NCBI GenBank assembly: GCA_964640405.1
Contig: CAZXIG010000001.1
Span: 1-40,153, forward strand
Source: an uncultured Candidatus Kuenenia sp.
Lineage (GTDB): Bacteria; Planctomycetota; Planctomycetia; Pirellulales; UBA1268
DNA length: 40,153 nt
Direction: 5' to 3'
Shown: positions 25,863 to 33,852 of the stretch, piece after piece
Position numbering within the stretch: the first letter of the stretch is position 1
How the letters are laid out: each line of letters starts with the position of its first letter
Translations under genes and position numbers: made by a program
The notes under the pieces: generated by a model
Seen by the model: only the letters and a program-made list of their open reading frames with translations
Told to the model about the DNA's origin: nothing
The model's database searches: none

Positions 25863-26171
25863 TCAGGTGCGTTTGAAAACTTCGGTGCCTTCGATGCGGA
25901 CGGTGTCGACGAGGCCGATCACGACCGCGTCGATGGGGAGGGATTTGGTTTCGGGGGTGAGGCGGGCGCTCGAGCCCTGGGTGACGAGCACGAACTGGCC
26001 CTCGCCGGCGCCGAGCGTGTCGACGGCGATGAAGGTGCGGCCCGTGGAGACGAGCTTCGTGCGGGTCTTCTCGTCGAGCCGGTAGGGCTCCACGACGAGC
26101 AGCTTGTGGCCCGTCATCGATTCGGCCTTCTGCGTGGCCACGACCGAGCCGGTCACGAGTGCGACGAACAT
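25863..26171 (-). CDS. BMC vertex (pentamer) protein, EutN/CcmL family (BMC-P)
   Basis: 102 aa. [15 protein letters not shown] ... LLVVEPY ... [22 protein letters not shown] ... [10 protein letters not shown]. The start overlaps the ackA stop by 1 nt (TGATG). Confidence 0.9.
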   Translation of the reverse strand: MFVALVTGSVVATQKAESMTGHKLLVVEPYRLDEKTRTKLVSTGRTFIAVDTLGAGEGQFVLVTQGSSARLTPETKSLPIDAVVIGLVDTVRIEGTEVFKRT

Positions 26172-27421
26172 CAGCCACCTCTCTCGTTGGAATGTGCGGT
26201 GCCGCCGGCCAGCAGATCGCGGGTCTGGCGGGCGACGATCAGTTCTTCATTGGTGGGAATCACGAACACCTTCACGGCCGACTCACGGGCATGGATCGGT
26301 CGTTCGCCCGACGCCTTCGCGTCATTGGCCGTCGGATCGAGCCGGATGCCGAGGTCCTCGAGACCGGCGAGCACCGCCGCACGGGTCAGCGGCGAGTTCT
26401 CGCCGATGCCTCCGGCGAAGGCCACGCCGTCGAGGCCGCCGAGCTCCACGATCCCCGCACCGAGCCAGTGCCGGATCGACGCCACGTAGACGTCGATCGC
26501 CGTCTGCGCCCGGGCGTTGCCGGCGGCTGCGGCCTCCTCGAGATCCCGCATGTCGCCCGACGTGCCCGACATGCCGGCCAGGCCGCTGTTGCTCGACAGC
26601 TCCACGAGCAGATCCTCGAAGCCTCTGCTCGTCGCCTTCGCCACGTGGACGAGGGCGAACGGATCGAAGTCGCCGGCCCGGTTGTTCTGGGGCAGGCCCG
26701 ACTGCGGGCTCATCCCCATCGACGTGCCGACGCTCGCGCCGTCCTTGATCCAGCAGACGCTGCTCGAGCCGCCCAGATGGCAGGAGATCACCCGCCGGCC
26801 GCGCGGGCCGGCCGGCACGAGTTCCGTCATCCGTTCGGCCACGAAGCGGTGGCTCGCCCCATGAAAGCCCCACCGCTTCACCAGGTGCTTCTCGACCCAC
26901 TCCGTGGGCACGGCGTAGAGCGAGTTCCGCGCCGGGATGGTGGCGTGGAAGCCCGTCTCGAACGCCGCCACGAGCGGCACCTGCGACATTCGTTCCCCGA
27001 GCAGCCGCATCGCCCGCACGTAGGGCGGATTGTGGGCCGGGGCCACGAGCGCCATCTCCTCCATCGCCGCGAGCACGTCGGGTGTGACGCGGACGACGCC
27101 GCTCACCCGACCGCCGTGCACCGCCTTGAAGCCGACCGCCGCCACCTCGTCGACGCTCGCCAGCGGCCCGCCGGGGGCGGTGAGCTGGTCGAGCGCCGCC
27201 TGGAGGGCGACGGCATGATCCGGCACCGGCATCACCGCCTCGAGCTTCGCCGGCTCCCCTCCGGTGGACGTGCTGGCATAGACGCGGCTTTCCGCCGCGC
27301 CGATGCGTTCCACGCCACCGCGGGCAAGCTCCCGCCCGCCGACGGCTCCCCGGGATTCGGGGAGGTCGAAGAGGCGGTACTTGAAGCTGGTGGAGCCGAG
27401 ATTGGCGACGAGGATCTTCAT
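26171..27421 (-). CDS. ackA: Acetate/propionate kinase
   Basis: 416 aa. [21 protein letters not shown]-terminus. Also [17 protein letters not shown] and [11 protein letters not shown], which are characteristic of the ASKHA acetate kinases. Confidence 0.95.
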   Translation of the reverse strand: MKILVANLGSTSFKYRLFDLPESRGAVGGRELARGGVERIGAAESRVYASTSTGGEPAKLEAVMPVPDHAVALQAALDQLTAPGGPLASVDEVAAVGFKAVHGGRVSGVVRVTPDVLAAMEEMALVAPAHNPPYVRAMRLLGERMSQVPLVAAFETGFHATIPARNSLYAVPTEWVEKHLVKRWGFHGASHRFVAERMTELVPAGPRGRRVISCHLGGSSSVCWIKDGASVGTSMGMSPQSGLPQNNRAGDFDPFALVHVAKATSRGFEDLLVELSSNSGLAGMSGTSGDMRDLEEAAAAGNARAQTAIDVYVASIRHWLGAGIVELGGLDGVAFAGGIGENSPLTRAAVLAGLEDLGIRLDPTANDAKASGERPIHARESAVKVFVIPTNEELIVARQTRDLLAGGTAHSNERGG

Positions 27422-27452
27422 GATGCGGGTGCCTTCCGTGGCGGGGGTGGAA

Positions 27453-27722
27453 TCAGCTGAAGAACGCCGAGACGAGGCTCTCGGCCGGGCGCGGGATCAC
27501 GTGGCTGGCGACGAGCTCGCCCACCTGCTGGGCCGCGGTGGCACCGGCCTCGACGGCCGCCCGCACGCTGCCCACGTCACCCTGCACGACCGTCGCCACG
27601 AAGGCGTTGCCGATGCTGATCCGCTTGAGAATCTTCACGTTGGCCGCCTTGGCCATCGCGTCCGTCGCCTCGACGAGGCCGACGAGTCCCTTGGTCTCGA
27701 GAAGTCCGATTGCCGTGTTCAT
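27453..27722 (-). CDS. BMC hexamer shell protein (BMC-H, PF00936)
   Basis: 89 aa from the ATG at 27722, with AAGGAAAG upstream. AIGLLETKGLVGLVEATDAMAKAANVKIL ... VQGDVGSVRAAVEAGATAAQQVGELVASHVIPRP. The pore-loop position reads SIGNAF rather than KIGSGL. Confidence 0.95.
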   Translation of the reverse strand: MNTAIGLLETKGLVGLVEATDAMAKAANVKILKRISIGNAFVATVVQGDVGSVRAAVEAGATAAQQVGELVASHVIPRPAESLVSAFFS

Positions 27723-27817
27723 GCTCTTTCCTTCTGGTTGGGTCCGTCTGGTTCTGTAAGTGGGGAAAAGGTCCAGTTGCATCTGTCGAGAAGGGCCTGT
27801 TCAGCCCTGGTTTTCAT

Positions 27818-28102
27818 TCAGCCCTGAGTTGGCAGCACGATCCCGATGTCCTCGTGAGGACGCGCGATCACCTGCACGCTCACCACGTCGCCGATCCGGC
27901 CGCCGGCCGCCGCACCCGCGTCGGTCGCCGCCTTCACCGCGGCCACGTCGCCCGAGACGAACGCCGTCACGAGTCCGCTGCCGATCTTGTCCCAGCCGAT
28001 GAAGGAGACGTTCGCCGCCTTCATCATCGCGTCCACCGCCTCGACGAGGGTGACGAACCCTTTCACCTCGATCATGCCGAGGGCTTCGACGTTCTTCGCC
28101 AT
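27818..28102 (-). CDS. BMC hexamer shell protein (BMC-H, PduA/PduJ-like)
   Basis: 94 aa from the ATG at 28102, with AGGAGCAAGG upstream. [60 protein letters not shown] ... [10 protein letters not shown]. Confidence 0.95.
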   Translation of the reverse strand: MAKNVEALGMIEVKGFVTLVEAVDAMMKAANVSFIGWDKIGSGLVTAFVSGDVAAVKAATDAGAAAGGRIGDVVSVQVIARPHEDIGIVLPTQG

Positions 28103-28256
28103 CTGTTGCCTTGCTCCTGTGTCATTCTGCCTATCAGCCTTCGCGGGGCCGTCCCCGCCGACCGCACCGGCACGCGCCGGTTGCACGGTCATGTTTCGTG
28201 GTCGTGATCGTTTGGTTGCCCGCTTTCGGGCCGGCTTCTTCTTGGCCATCGGCGCC

Positions 28257-28985
28257 TCACTTCTGCCTGACGAGTTCGACGCTCGTCGCGTGGTCGAGAT
28301 CGGCCGCGTTGCCCTCGTCGGTGTCGATGTGCACCTCGAGCTTGCTCGTCGCGTCGGCCCGCACGAGCAGGTCGCGGAACACCGTGGCACAGCTGCCGTT
28401 GATCGCGAGGCTCATGCGGTCGCCGTCCTTCACGCCGAAGTGCTCGGCATCGGCGAAGCTCATGTGCACGTGCCGCTCGGCCCGGATCACGCCCTCGGTG
28501 AGTTCGATCGCGCCGGCGGGGCCCACGAGCACGCAGCCGGGGGTGCCCGCGATCTTGCCGCTGGGCCGCACGGGGAGATCGATGCCGAGGGAGATGCCGT
28601 CGGTGAAGGCGAGTTCGACCTGCGAGGCCTTGCGGGTGGGGCCGAGCACCCGCACGGTGGGCAGCATCTTCCGCTTCGGGCCCACGAGCATCACGGTCTG
28701 TTCCGCGGCATAGAAGCCGTCCTGGTAGAGGCCCTTCATCGGCGTCAGCTTTTGGCCGGGGCCGAACAGCTTTTCGACGTGCTCGTCGGTGAGGTGGCAA
28801 TGGCGGGCCGAGATGCTCACGACGAGCTTCGGCTCGGCCTTGCCCTTCGCGGCGGCCTGGGACGGCGGCGGTCCACCGGCCGACCGCAGCACGATCTCGC
28901 GGACGATCCGCTCGACGCTCGCGCGATCGAGTGCCGTTGGAAGGCCGGCGAAGGGGGCGTGCGAACCGTTCATGGTGGCGGTCAT
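28257..28985 (-). CDS. pduL: Phosphate acyltransferase PduL (PTAC) with an N-terminal encapsulation peptide
   Basis: 242 aa. Two PTAC repeats with metal-binding His motifs ([17 protein letters not shown] and [17 protein letters not shown]). N-terminal amphipathic [17 protein letters not shown] plus a Pro/Ala linker. Confidence 0.92.
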   Translation of the reverse strand: MTATMNGSHAPFAGLPTALDRASVERIVREIVLRSAGGPPPSQAAAKGKAEPKLVVSISARHCHLTDEHVEKLFGPGQKLTPMKGLYQDGFYAAEQTVMLVGPKRKMLPTVRVLGPTRKASQVELAFTDGISLGIDLPVRPSGKIAGTPGCVLVGPAGAIELTEGVIRAERHVHMSFADAEHFGVKDGDRMSLAINGSCATVFRDLLVRADATSKLEVHIDTDEGNAADLDHATSVELVRQK

Positions 28986-29836
28986 GCGGGGCGGTTCCTG
29001 CGCGGGGGCGGGGAAAAGTCGGTGTCGGCCTGCGGCACGTCGGCGATGATCAGCCGGGCACCGGCCTTGGAGATCCTGTGTCGCCAGACGTCGGAAAGGC
29101 CGTCGTCGGAGACGAAGACGTTGATCTTGTCGAGCGCGGAGACGAGCGTGAGGCTCTTCTGGCCGAACTTCGAGCTGTCGGCCACCACGATCACGCGGCC
29201 GGCGGCCTTGAGCATCGCCTGCTCGGTTTCGGCGAGCAGGAGGTGGGCGTTGAACAGGCCCTCGTCCGCGATGCCCGCCGCGGAGAGCACGGTCGTGGTG
29301 ACGTGCAGCCGCCCGAGCAGTTCGTTGGCGTAGGGGCCGAGGCAGACTCCCGTGCGGGGCGAAACGTAGCCGCCGAGCAGCACGAGATCGGTGCGGGCCT
29401 CCGATGCAAACAGGTTGGCGACGGGCAGGCTGTTGGTCACGACCTGCAGCGACCGTCCGACGAGGAGCCGAGCGACCTCGTAGGTGGTGGTGCCGCCGTC
29501 GAGCAAAACGGTCTCACCGTCGCCGATGATTTCCGCAGCTTTGATTGCAATCGCGCGTTTGGCCGCCCAGTGTGCGGGTTGTCGTTCATCGAATTCCGCC
29601 AGGCGGGGCATGCCGCCGGCGTACAGCACCCCGCCGTGGGTTCGCTTTGCCGAGCCCTGTTCTTCGAGGGCGTCGAGGTCGCGTCGCACCGTTGATTCCG
29701 AAACGCCCAGCTCGCGCACGAGCTCATCCAAGGCCGCGAATCCGCGGATGCGAATGAGGTCGAGCAATCGGCTACGGCGATCGTGGTTTTGCACGTCTTC
29801 TGGCTTCCTGCAGCCGGCATTATGAATGAAAGCCAT
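28982..29836 (-). CDS. DeoR-family transcriptional regulator (first gene of the BMC operon)
   Basis: [42 protein letters not shown]. DeoR C-terminal sugar-phosphate-binding domain ([16 protein letters not shown]). The stop overlaps the pduL ATG (ATGA). The start is either ATG 29836 (track) or, as I prefer, GTG 29794, which has AGGAAG 9 nt upstream and gives a typical DeoR N-terminus. Confidence 0.9.
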   Translation of the reverse strand: MAFIHNAGCRKPEDVQNHDRRSRLLDLIRIRGFAALDELVRELGVSESTVRRDLDALEEQGSAKRTHGGVLYAGGMPRLAEFDERQPAHWAAKRAIAIKAAEIIGDGETVLLDGGTTTYEVARLLVGRSLQVVTNSLPVANLFASEARTDLVLLGGYVSPRTGVCLGPYANELLGRLHVTTTVLSAAGIADEGLFNAHLLLAETEQAMLKAAGRVIVVADSSKFGQKSLTLVSALDKINVFVSDDGLSDVWRHRISKAGARLIIADVPQADTDFSPPPRRNRPA

Positions 29837-29847
29837 TTTATTGCAAT
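29819..29847 (-). promoter_or_regulatory. Candidate promoter/operator of the BMC operon: TTGCAA-16 nt-CATAAT with an ATTGCAAT palindrome over the -35
   Basis: On the minus strand, TTGCAA spans 29846-29841 and CATAAT spans 29824-29819, with a 16-nt spacer. It lies in the most AT-rich patch of the window (about 29815-29935). The 8-bp perfect palindrome ATTGCAAT (29840-29847) overlaps the -35. The layout resembles the candidate promoter at 15261. Confidence 0.4.
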
Positions 29848-30036
29848 CTTTTTATGACTGATTTCACTCGCCCCGCGACAGAATACGGGCTTGTAACCAC
29901 GCAAGTCGTTGCCAGCCATTAAGTTATGTCGCCTGCGTAAGCCCTGCGGCCCTCAAGCCTAGGTCGCATTCTGCGGCGGTGGCGGCCAACGCGGTTCGTC
30001 GCGCGGCTGGTACGATCCGGCCACGCGATCGTCGCC

Positions 30037-31365
30037 ATGGCACCACACCCCCACACCGTCGAGCCGTCTGCATCGGGCGGAGCCCCGCACCGGAAAGGTG
30101 CATCCCGCCGGCTGTTCTTCGGGCTCATCCTGGGCGTGATCGCCGGGCTGGCGGCGAATCGACTCGGAGCCGGAACACCGCTCGTCGATTACGCAGTGGC
30201 CGCGGCCGACGTCGTCGGCAATCTGTTTCTTCGTCTGTTGTTCGTCATGGTGGTGCCGCTCGTCGTCTCCGCATTGGCCCTGGCCGTCGCCGAGATCGGC
30301 GACCTCGCGAAGCTCGGTCGGCTCGGGCTGGCCACGCTCGCGGTGACCGTCGTGCTGTCGAGTTCCGCGGTGCTCATCGGCGTCGGGCTCGTGAACCTGA
30401 TCCGGCCCGGCGATGCGCTCGCCGCCGCCCGTGGCCATGAGGCCGATGCGTCGCCCGCCGCGGAGACGGAGCGGGTGCTCACCCAGGCGACGGGGATGAA
30501 GAAGCTCCGTGACATCGTCGTCGACATGATTCCGCAGAACCCGCTCCAAGAGATGGCCGGGGCGATCGACGGCAGTTCGAAGGGCAATGGCATGCTGGCG
30601 GTGATGGTGTTCGCGCTCCTGCTCGGGGCGGCGATCGCGGCCAATCCGGACACCTGCCGGCCGCTGGTGGGCTGGCTCGAGGCCTGGAATACGGTGGCGA
30701 TGACGGTGATCGGCTGGGGCATGGCGTTCGCCCCCGTGGGCGCCGGCTGCCTCGTGTTTGCCACGGTCGCCCGGCTGGGCTTCGACGCGCTCGTCTCGCT
30801 GTTCTGGTTCGCCTTCACGGTGCTGGCCGGGTTCGCGATCCAATTGGTGGTCGTCTATCCGACGGTCCTGCGAACGCTGAGCCGATTTCGACCGGGGGAT
30901 TTCTTCCGGCGGTCGGCCGAGGCGATACAGGTGGCGTTTGGCACGTCGTCGTCCAACGCCACGCTGCCCACGGCGTTGCGGGTGGCCGAGCATGATCTCG
31001 GGCTCCGCCGCGACGCCGCCCGGTTCGTGCTCACGGTGGGGGCCACGGGGAATCAAAACGGCACGGCGCTCTTCGAGGGCGTGGTGGTGCTGTTCCTCGC
31101 ACAGGTGTTCGGCGTGTCGCTCACGGCGGGCCAGCAGGTGCAGGTGGTGCTCATGTCGATGCTCGCCGGCATCGGCACGGCCGGCGTGCCGGGCGGCTCC
31201 CTGCCGCTGGTGGCGGTGATCGCCCAGTCGGTCGGCGTGCCCGCCGAGGGAATCGGCCTGATTCTTGGCGTGGATCGGCTCCTCGACATGTGCCGCACCG
31301 TGCTCAACGTGACGGGCGACCTCGTCGTCGCCGCCTGCGTAGCCGGACCGTCTGGAAAAGCGTAA
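30037..31365 (+). CDS. Dicarboxylate/amino acid:cation symporter (DAACS, GltP/DctA family)
   Basis: 442 aa and polytopic. Family motifs LFLRLLFVMVVPLVVSAL, FGTSSSNATLPTAL, GTALFEGVVVLFLAQVFG and AGIGTAGVPGGSL. Confidence 0.9.
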   Translation: MAPHPHTVEPSASGGAPHRKGASRRLFFGLILGVIAGLAANRLGAGTPLVDYAVAAADVVGNLFLRLLFVMVVPLVVSALALAVAEIGDLAKLGRLGLATLAVTVVLSSSAVLIGVGLVNLIRPGDALAAARGHEADASPAAETERVLTQATGMKKLRDIVVDMIPQNPLQEMAGAIDGSSKGNGMLAVMVFALLLGAAIAANPDTCRPLVGWLEAWNTVAMTVIGWGMAFAPVGAGCLVFATVARLGFDALVSLFWFAFTVLAGFAIQLVVVYPTVLRTLSRFRPGDFFRRSAEAIQVAFGTSSSNATLPTALRVAEHDLGLRRDAARFVLTVGATGNQNGTALFEGVVVLFLAQVFGVSLTAGQQVQVVLMSMLAGIGTAGVPGGSLPLVAVIAQSVGVPAEGIGLILGVDRLLDMCRTVLNVTGDLVVAACVAGPSGKA

Positions 31366-31372
31366 GCCAGCG

Positions 31373-31879
31373 TCAACTCGGCAGCTGCAGGCTCAGGAAC
31401 GCCGCTCCCGACGCCAGGGCAAGAATCAGCCCATCGGCAACCGCCGACCGATCGCGACGGACGACCGCCAGGCATGCCGCTGCGAGGATCGCCACGGCGG
31501 CCACTGTTTCGACGGCGAGCACCCGCGGCGTGGCTGCCTGCAAAACGCGGATCACGAGAAACACGAGGACGATGAGTCCACCGGCGGCACTGGCGGGGAT
31601 CAGGCCTCGGCCGCCGACGGTCAGCGCCGCATGCGCGGCGAGATACATCGTGAACGGAAAGAACAACTCCCGGTCGCCCGTCAGCCGGAACGCCGCGAGC
31701 CAGCCGAGGCTCGGCAGGATGAGCCAGACAGGTTCTTGCCACCGGCCATCCTGCCGCCTGCCGAAGACGCCGAGTACGGCGAACGCGATGGCAGCGACGA
31801 CGGTCCAGGGTGGCCCGCCGGCAACGTGGGCCACGGCCAAGAACGCAGCCTCGAGGAGCAACAGTCGGATGGGAAACAT
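31373..31879 (-). CDS. Hypothetical integral membrane protein
   Basis: 168 aa. About 5 hydrophobic segments and GC-rich third positions. I recognise no family. Confidence 0.5.
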   Translation of the reverse strand: MFPIRLLLLEAAFLAVAHVAGGPPWTVVAAIAFAVLGVFGRRQDGRWQEPVWLILPSLGWLAAFRLTGDRELFFPFTMYLAAHAALTVGGRGLIPASAAGGLIVLVFLVIRVLQAATPRVLAVETVAAVAILAAACLAVVRRDRSAVADGLILALASGAAFLSLQLPS

Positions 31880-32069
31880 TGAGAACAGCGATCCGTGTCA
31901 CGGCCGAAAGGAACAGCCTGGAGAAGCGAAGGATCATCACTTGTGGGCCAAGTCAGTGTCGATTTTCACCGCATCATACGACTCGGAACAATACGCTCGG
32001 AATGCCTCGCTTTGTCGTGACAAGAAGGCCGCGTTAGACTGCCTTCCGGCAATCCTGAAAGGCGTTCCA

Positions 32070-32621
32070 ATGGCAGCGTCAACCGCGATCGTAGATGCTC
32101 AGAGACTGCTCGGCATGGCGGACGACGGGCAGCGATATGAACTCGTGGAGGGAGTCCTGCGCATGATGTCACCAGCAGGCGGGCGGCATGGCCGCGTGGC
32201 ACATTCGCTCGGCCTGCTCGTCGGGGCTCACGTCCGAGCCCGGCAGTTGGGAATCGTGTATGCGGCTGAAACCGGCTTCCTTCTGGCTCGCGATCCCGAC
32301 ACGGTCCGTGCTCCCGACATCGCCTTCGTCAGCCAGGCGCGGGCTGTCGCGATCGATGAAGACAGTGGGTTCGTGACCGTCATCCCTGATCTCGTCGGTG
32401 AGGTCGTCTCGCCACGGGACTCGTTCAGCGAGGTGGAGGAGAAGGTGCTCGGCTGGCTCGCCGCGGGCACACGGCTCGTCGTCGTGGTCGATCCGAGCAC
32501 GCGCACGGTCCACGCCTACCGCCGTTCCGATCGGGTGGTCGTGTGCCGCGAAGACGAGTCGCTCGACGCGAGCGATGTCGTGCCGGGGCTGATGATCGCC
32601 GTTGCCGACCTCTTTCGCTGA
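32070..32621 (+). CDS. Uma2-family (DUF820) PD-(D/E)xK putative endonuclease
   Basis: 183 aa from the ATG at 32070. YELVEGVLRMMSPAGGRHGRV, PDIAFVS and PDLVGEVVSP are the typical Uma2 motifs. The upstream part of track ORF 31290-32621 lies antisense to the membrane-protein gene and is not supported. Confidence 0.85.
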   Translation: MAASTAIVDAQRLLGMADDGQRYELVEGVLRMMSPAGGRHGRVAHSLGLLVGAHVRARQLGIVYAAETGFLLARDPDTVRAPDIAFVSQARAVAIDEDSGFVTVIPDLVGEVVSPRDSFSEVEEKVLGWLAAGTRLVVVVDPSTRTVHAYRRSDRVVVCREDESLDASDVVPGLMIAVADLFR

Positions 32622-32711
32622 GCCCAGGGTTCACCGGGGGCTGGGAGTCTTGAACGTGCGGTCGTGGTCGCCGGCCGCGGGCGGCACGCCGCCGGATGCG
32701 GCCGGGGCCGG

Positions 32712-33233
32712 TTAGGCGGCGCCGAGGCCTTCCATCCGCCGCCAGGCGCTCATCTGTCCGAGGTGCATCATCATGTGGCCGCCGCAGTAGAAGGCCTGTA
32801 CGGAGCCGATCGTCGGAAACAGCTCCTTCATCCGGCCCTCGGCTGGGTTGGGCTGATCGAAGACGGAATCGGGCGTGCCGCGGAGGGCGCCCGACACCAT
32901 GCGGTGCCCTTCCAGGAAGAAGGCGACGATCTCGTCCATCGACGGATAGAGGTCTCCGTCGAAATCGTCCACGCACGTCGCCTCCTTCGAGAACCGCACC
33001 TCGAACTGGTCGGGAATCGACGGCGCGGGGTGGCCGATCTGGCGGAGGATCTTGGGGGCGTAGAGGCTCAGGTGGCCGTAGATGAAGGCCGGATGGTTCG
33101 ACTCGACCGCCACGCCGCCGACGGTGGCGAACCGCGCGAACCGGTCGGCCGACACGCCCTTGAGGAGCCGCTCGGCGTAGCCGACGGAGAGCTGGAGCGA
33201 ATCGGCGATCACGTTTCCGAGTGAACGATGCAT
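32712..33233 (-). CDS. DinB-superfamily protein
   Basis: 173 aa from the ATG at 33233. His-containing helices (NHPAFIYGHLSLY, YCGGHMMMHLGQMSAWRR) are typical of the DinB four-helix-bundle metal site. Confidence 0.8.
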   Translation of the reverse strand: MHRSLGNVIADSLQLSVGYAERLLKGVSADRFARFATVGGVAVESNHPAFIYGHLSLYAPKILRQIGHPAPSIPDQFEVRFSKEATCVDDFDGDLYPSMDEIVAFFLEGHRMVSGALRGTPDSVFDQPNPAEGRMKELFPTIGSVQAFYCGGHMMMHLGQMSAWRRMEGLGAA

Positions 33234-33255
33234 GCACGGACCTTTCACGAGGGGT

Positions 33256-33852
33256 TTAGGACGGCGTCCGCGTTGCAATGCGGTTGATGGCTTCGGGAAG
33301 CGCCTGACACTCGGCCGTGAAGACGCGGGCGGCCAGCGACTCTGGCGTGTCGCCCGGCTCCACGGTCACGGCCTGCTGGAGCAGGATCCGGCCGTGGTCG
33401 TATTCGCCGTCCACGAGGTGCACGGTGCAACCCGAGATCGTACAGCCGCGGTCGAGGACGGCCCGGTGGACGTGCATCCCGTGAAACCCCTTGCCGCCGA
33501 AGGCCGGCAAGAGCGACGGATGGATGTTGATCACGCGGTCGGCGAAATCCGCCGGGATCTCGACGAGATGCAGGAAGCCCGCCATCACGACGAGATCGGC
33601 CCGGGCCGCGCGGCAGCGGTCGAAGATGTCGCGACTCCAGTCGGCGAGCGGCCGGCCCTGCGGCGGGAGCACGTGCACCGGAATGCCCGCCGCCCGGGCG
33701 ATCTCGACGCCGCGCACGTCGCCGCGGCTCGACACCACCGTCTCGACCGTGGCCGCGAGCGTTCCGGCGGCGATCCGCTCGAGCAGGTTGGAGAGCGTTC
33801 GCCCCCCTCCGGAGATCAGCACGGCCAGCCGAAGCGTTCGGAATACGGTCAT
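33256..33852 (-). CDS. purN: Phosphoribosylglycinamide formyltransferase
   Basis: [59 protein letters not shown]. The ATG overlaps the ileS stop (ATGA). Confidence 0.95.
   Translation of the reverse strand: MTVFRTLRLAVLISGGGRTLSNLLERIAAGTLAATVETVVSSRGDVRGVEIARAAGIPVHVLPPQGRPLADWSRDIFDRCRAARADLVVMAGFLHLVEIPADFADRVINIHPSLLPAFGGKGFHGMHVHRAVLDRGCTISGCTVHLVDGEYDHGRILLQQAVTVEPGDTPESLAARVFTAECQALPEAINRIATRTPS

Noticed and set aside
25861-26178. 106-codon upstream extension of the aldehyde dehydrogenase ORF
   Set aside because: It completely overlaps the well-supported BMC-P gene in another frame and its translation is Arg/His/Pro-rich. The ATG at 25860 yields an encapsulation-peptide N-terminus typical of PduP/EutE-type enzymes.
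28103-28249. In-frame 49-codon Lys/Arg-rich N-terminal extension of the PduA-like BMC-H ([19 protein letters not shown]...), starting 7 nt after the pduL stop
   Set aside because: It is tempting because it would close the 154-nt gap. By my hand count only about 31 of 49 third positions are G/C, against above 90 percent in the BMC-H body. The internal ATG at 28102 has a good AGGAGCAAGG ribosome-binding site and gives a canonical BMC-H N-terminus. N-terminal proteomics is still worth doing.
29837-30036. tRNA or small RNA gene in the AT-rich 200-bp gap. The 190-bp gap at 31880-32069 was checked too.
   Set aside because: There is no tRNA-like T-arm (GGTTCGAATCC-type) or acceptor pairing, and no terminator-flanked structure. 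Both gaps are divergent promoter regions.
31290-32069. N-terminal 260 codons of the 443-aa ORF that ends in the Uma2 domain
   Set aside because: This part overlaps the end of the transporter gene and lies antisense to the membrane-protein gene. It is Arg/Ala/Ser-rich. The Uma2 fold is complete from the ATG at 32070.
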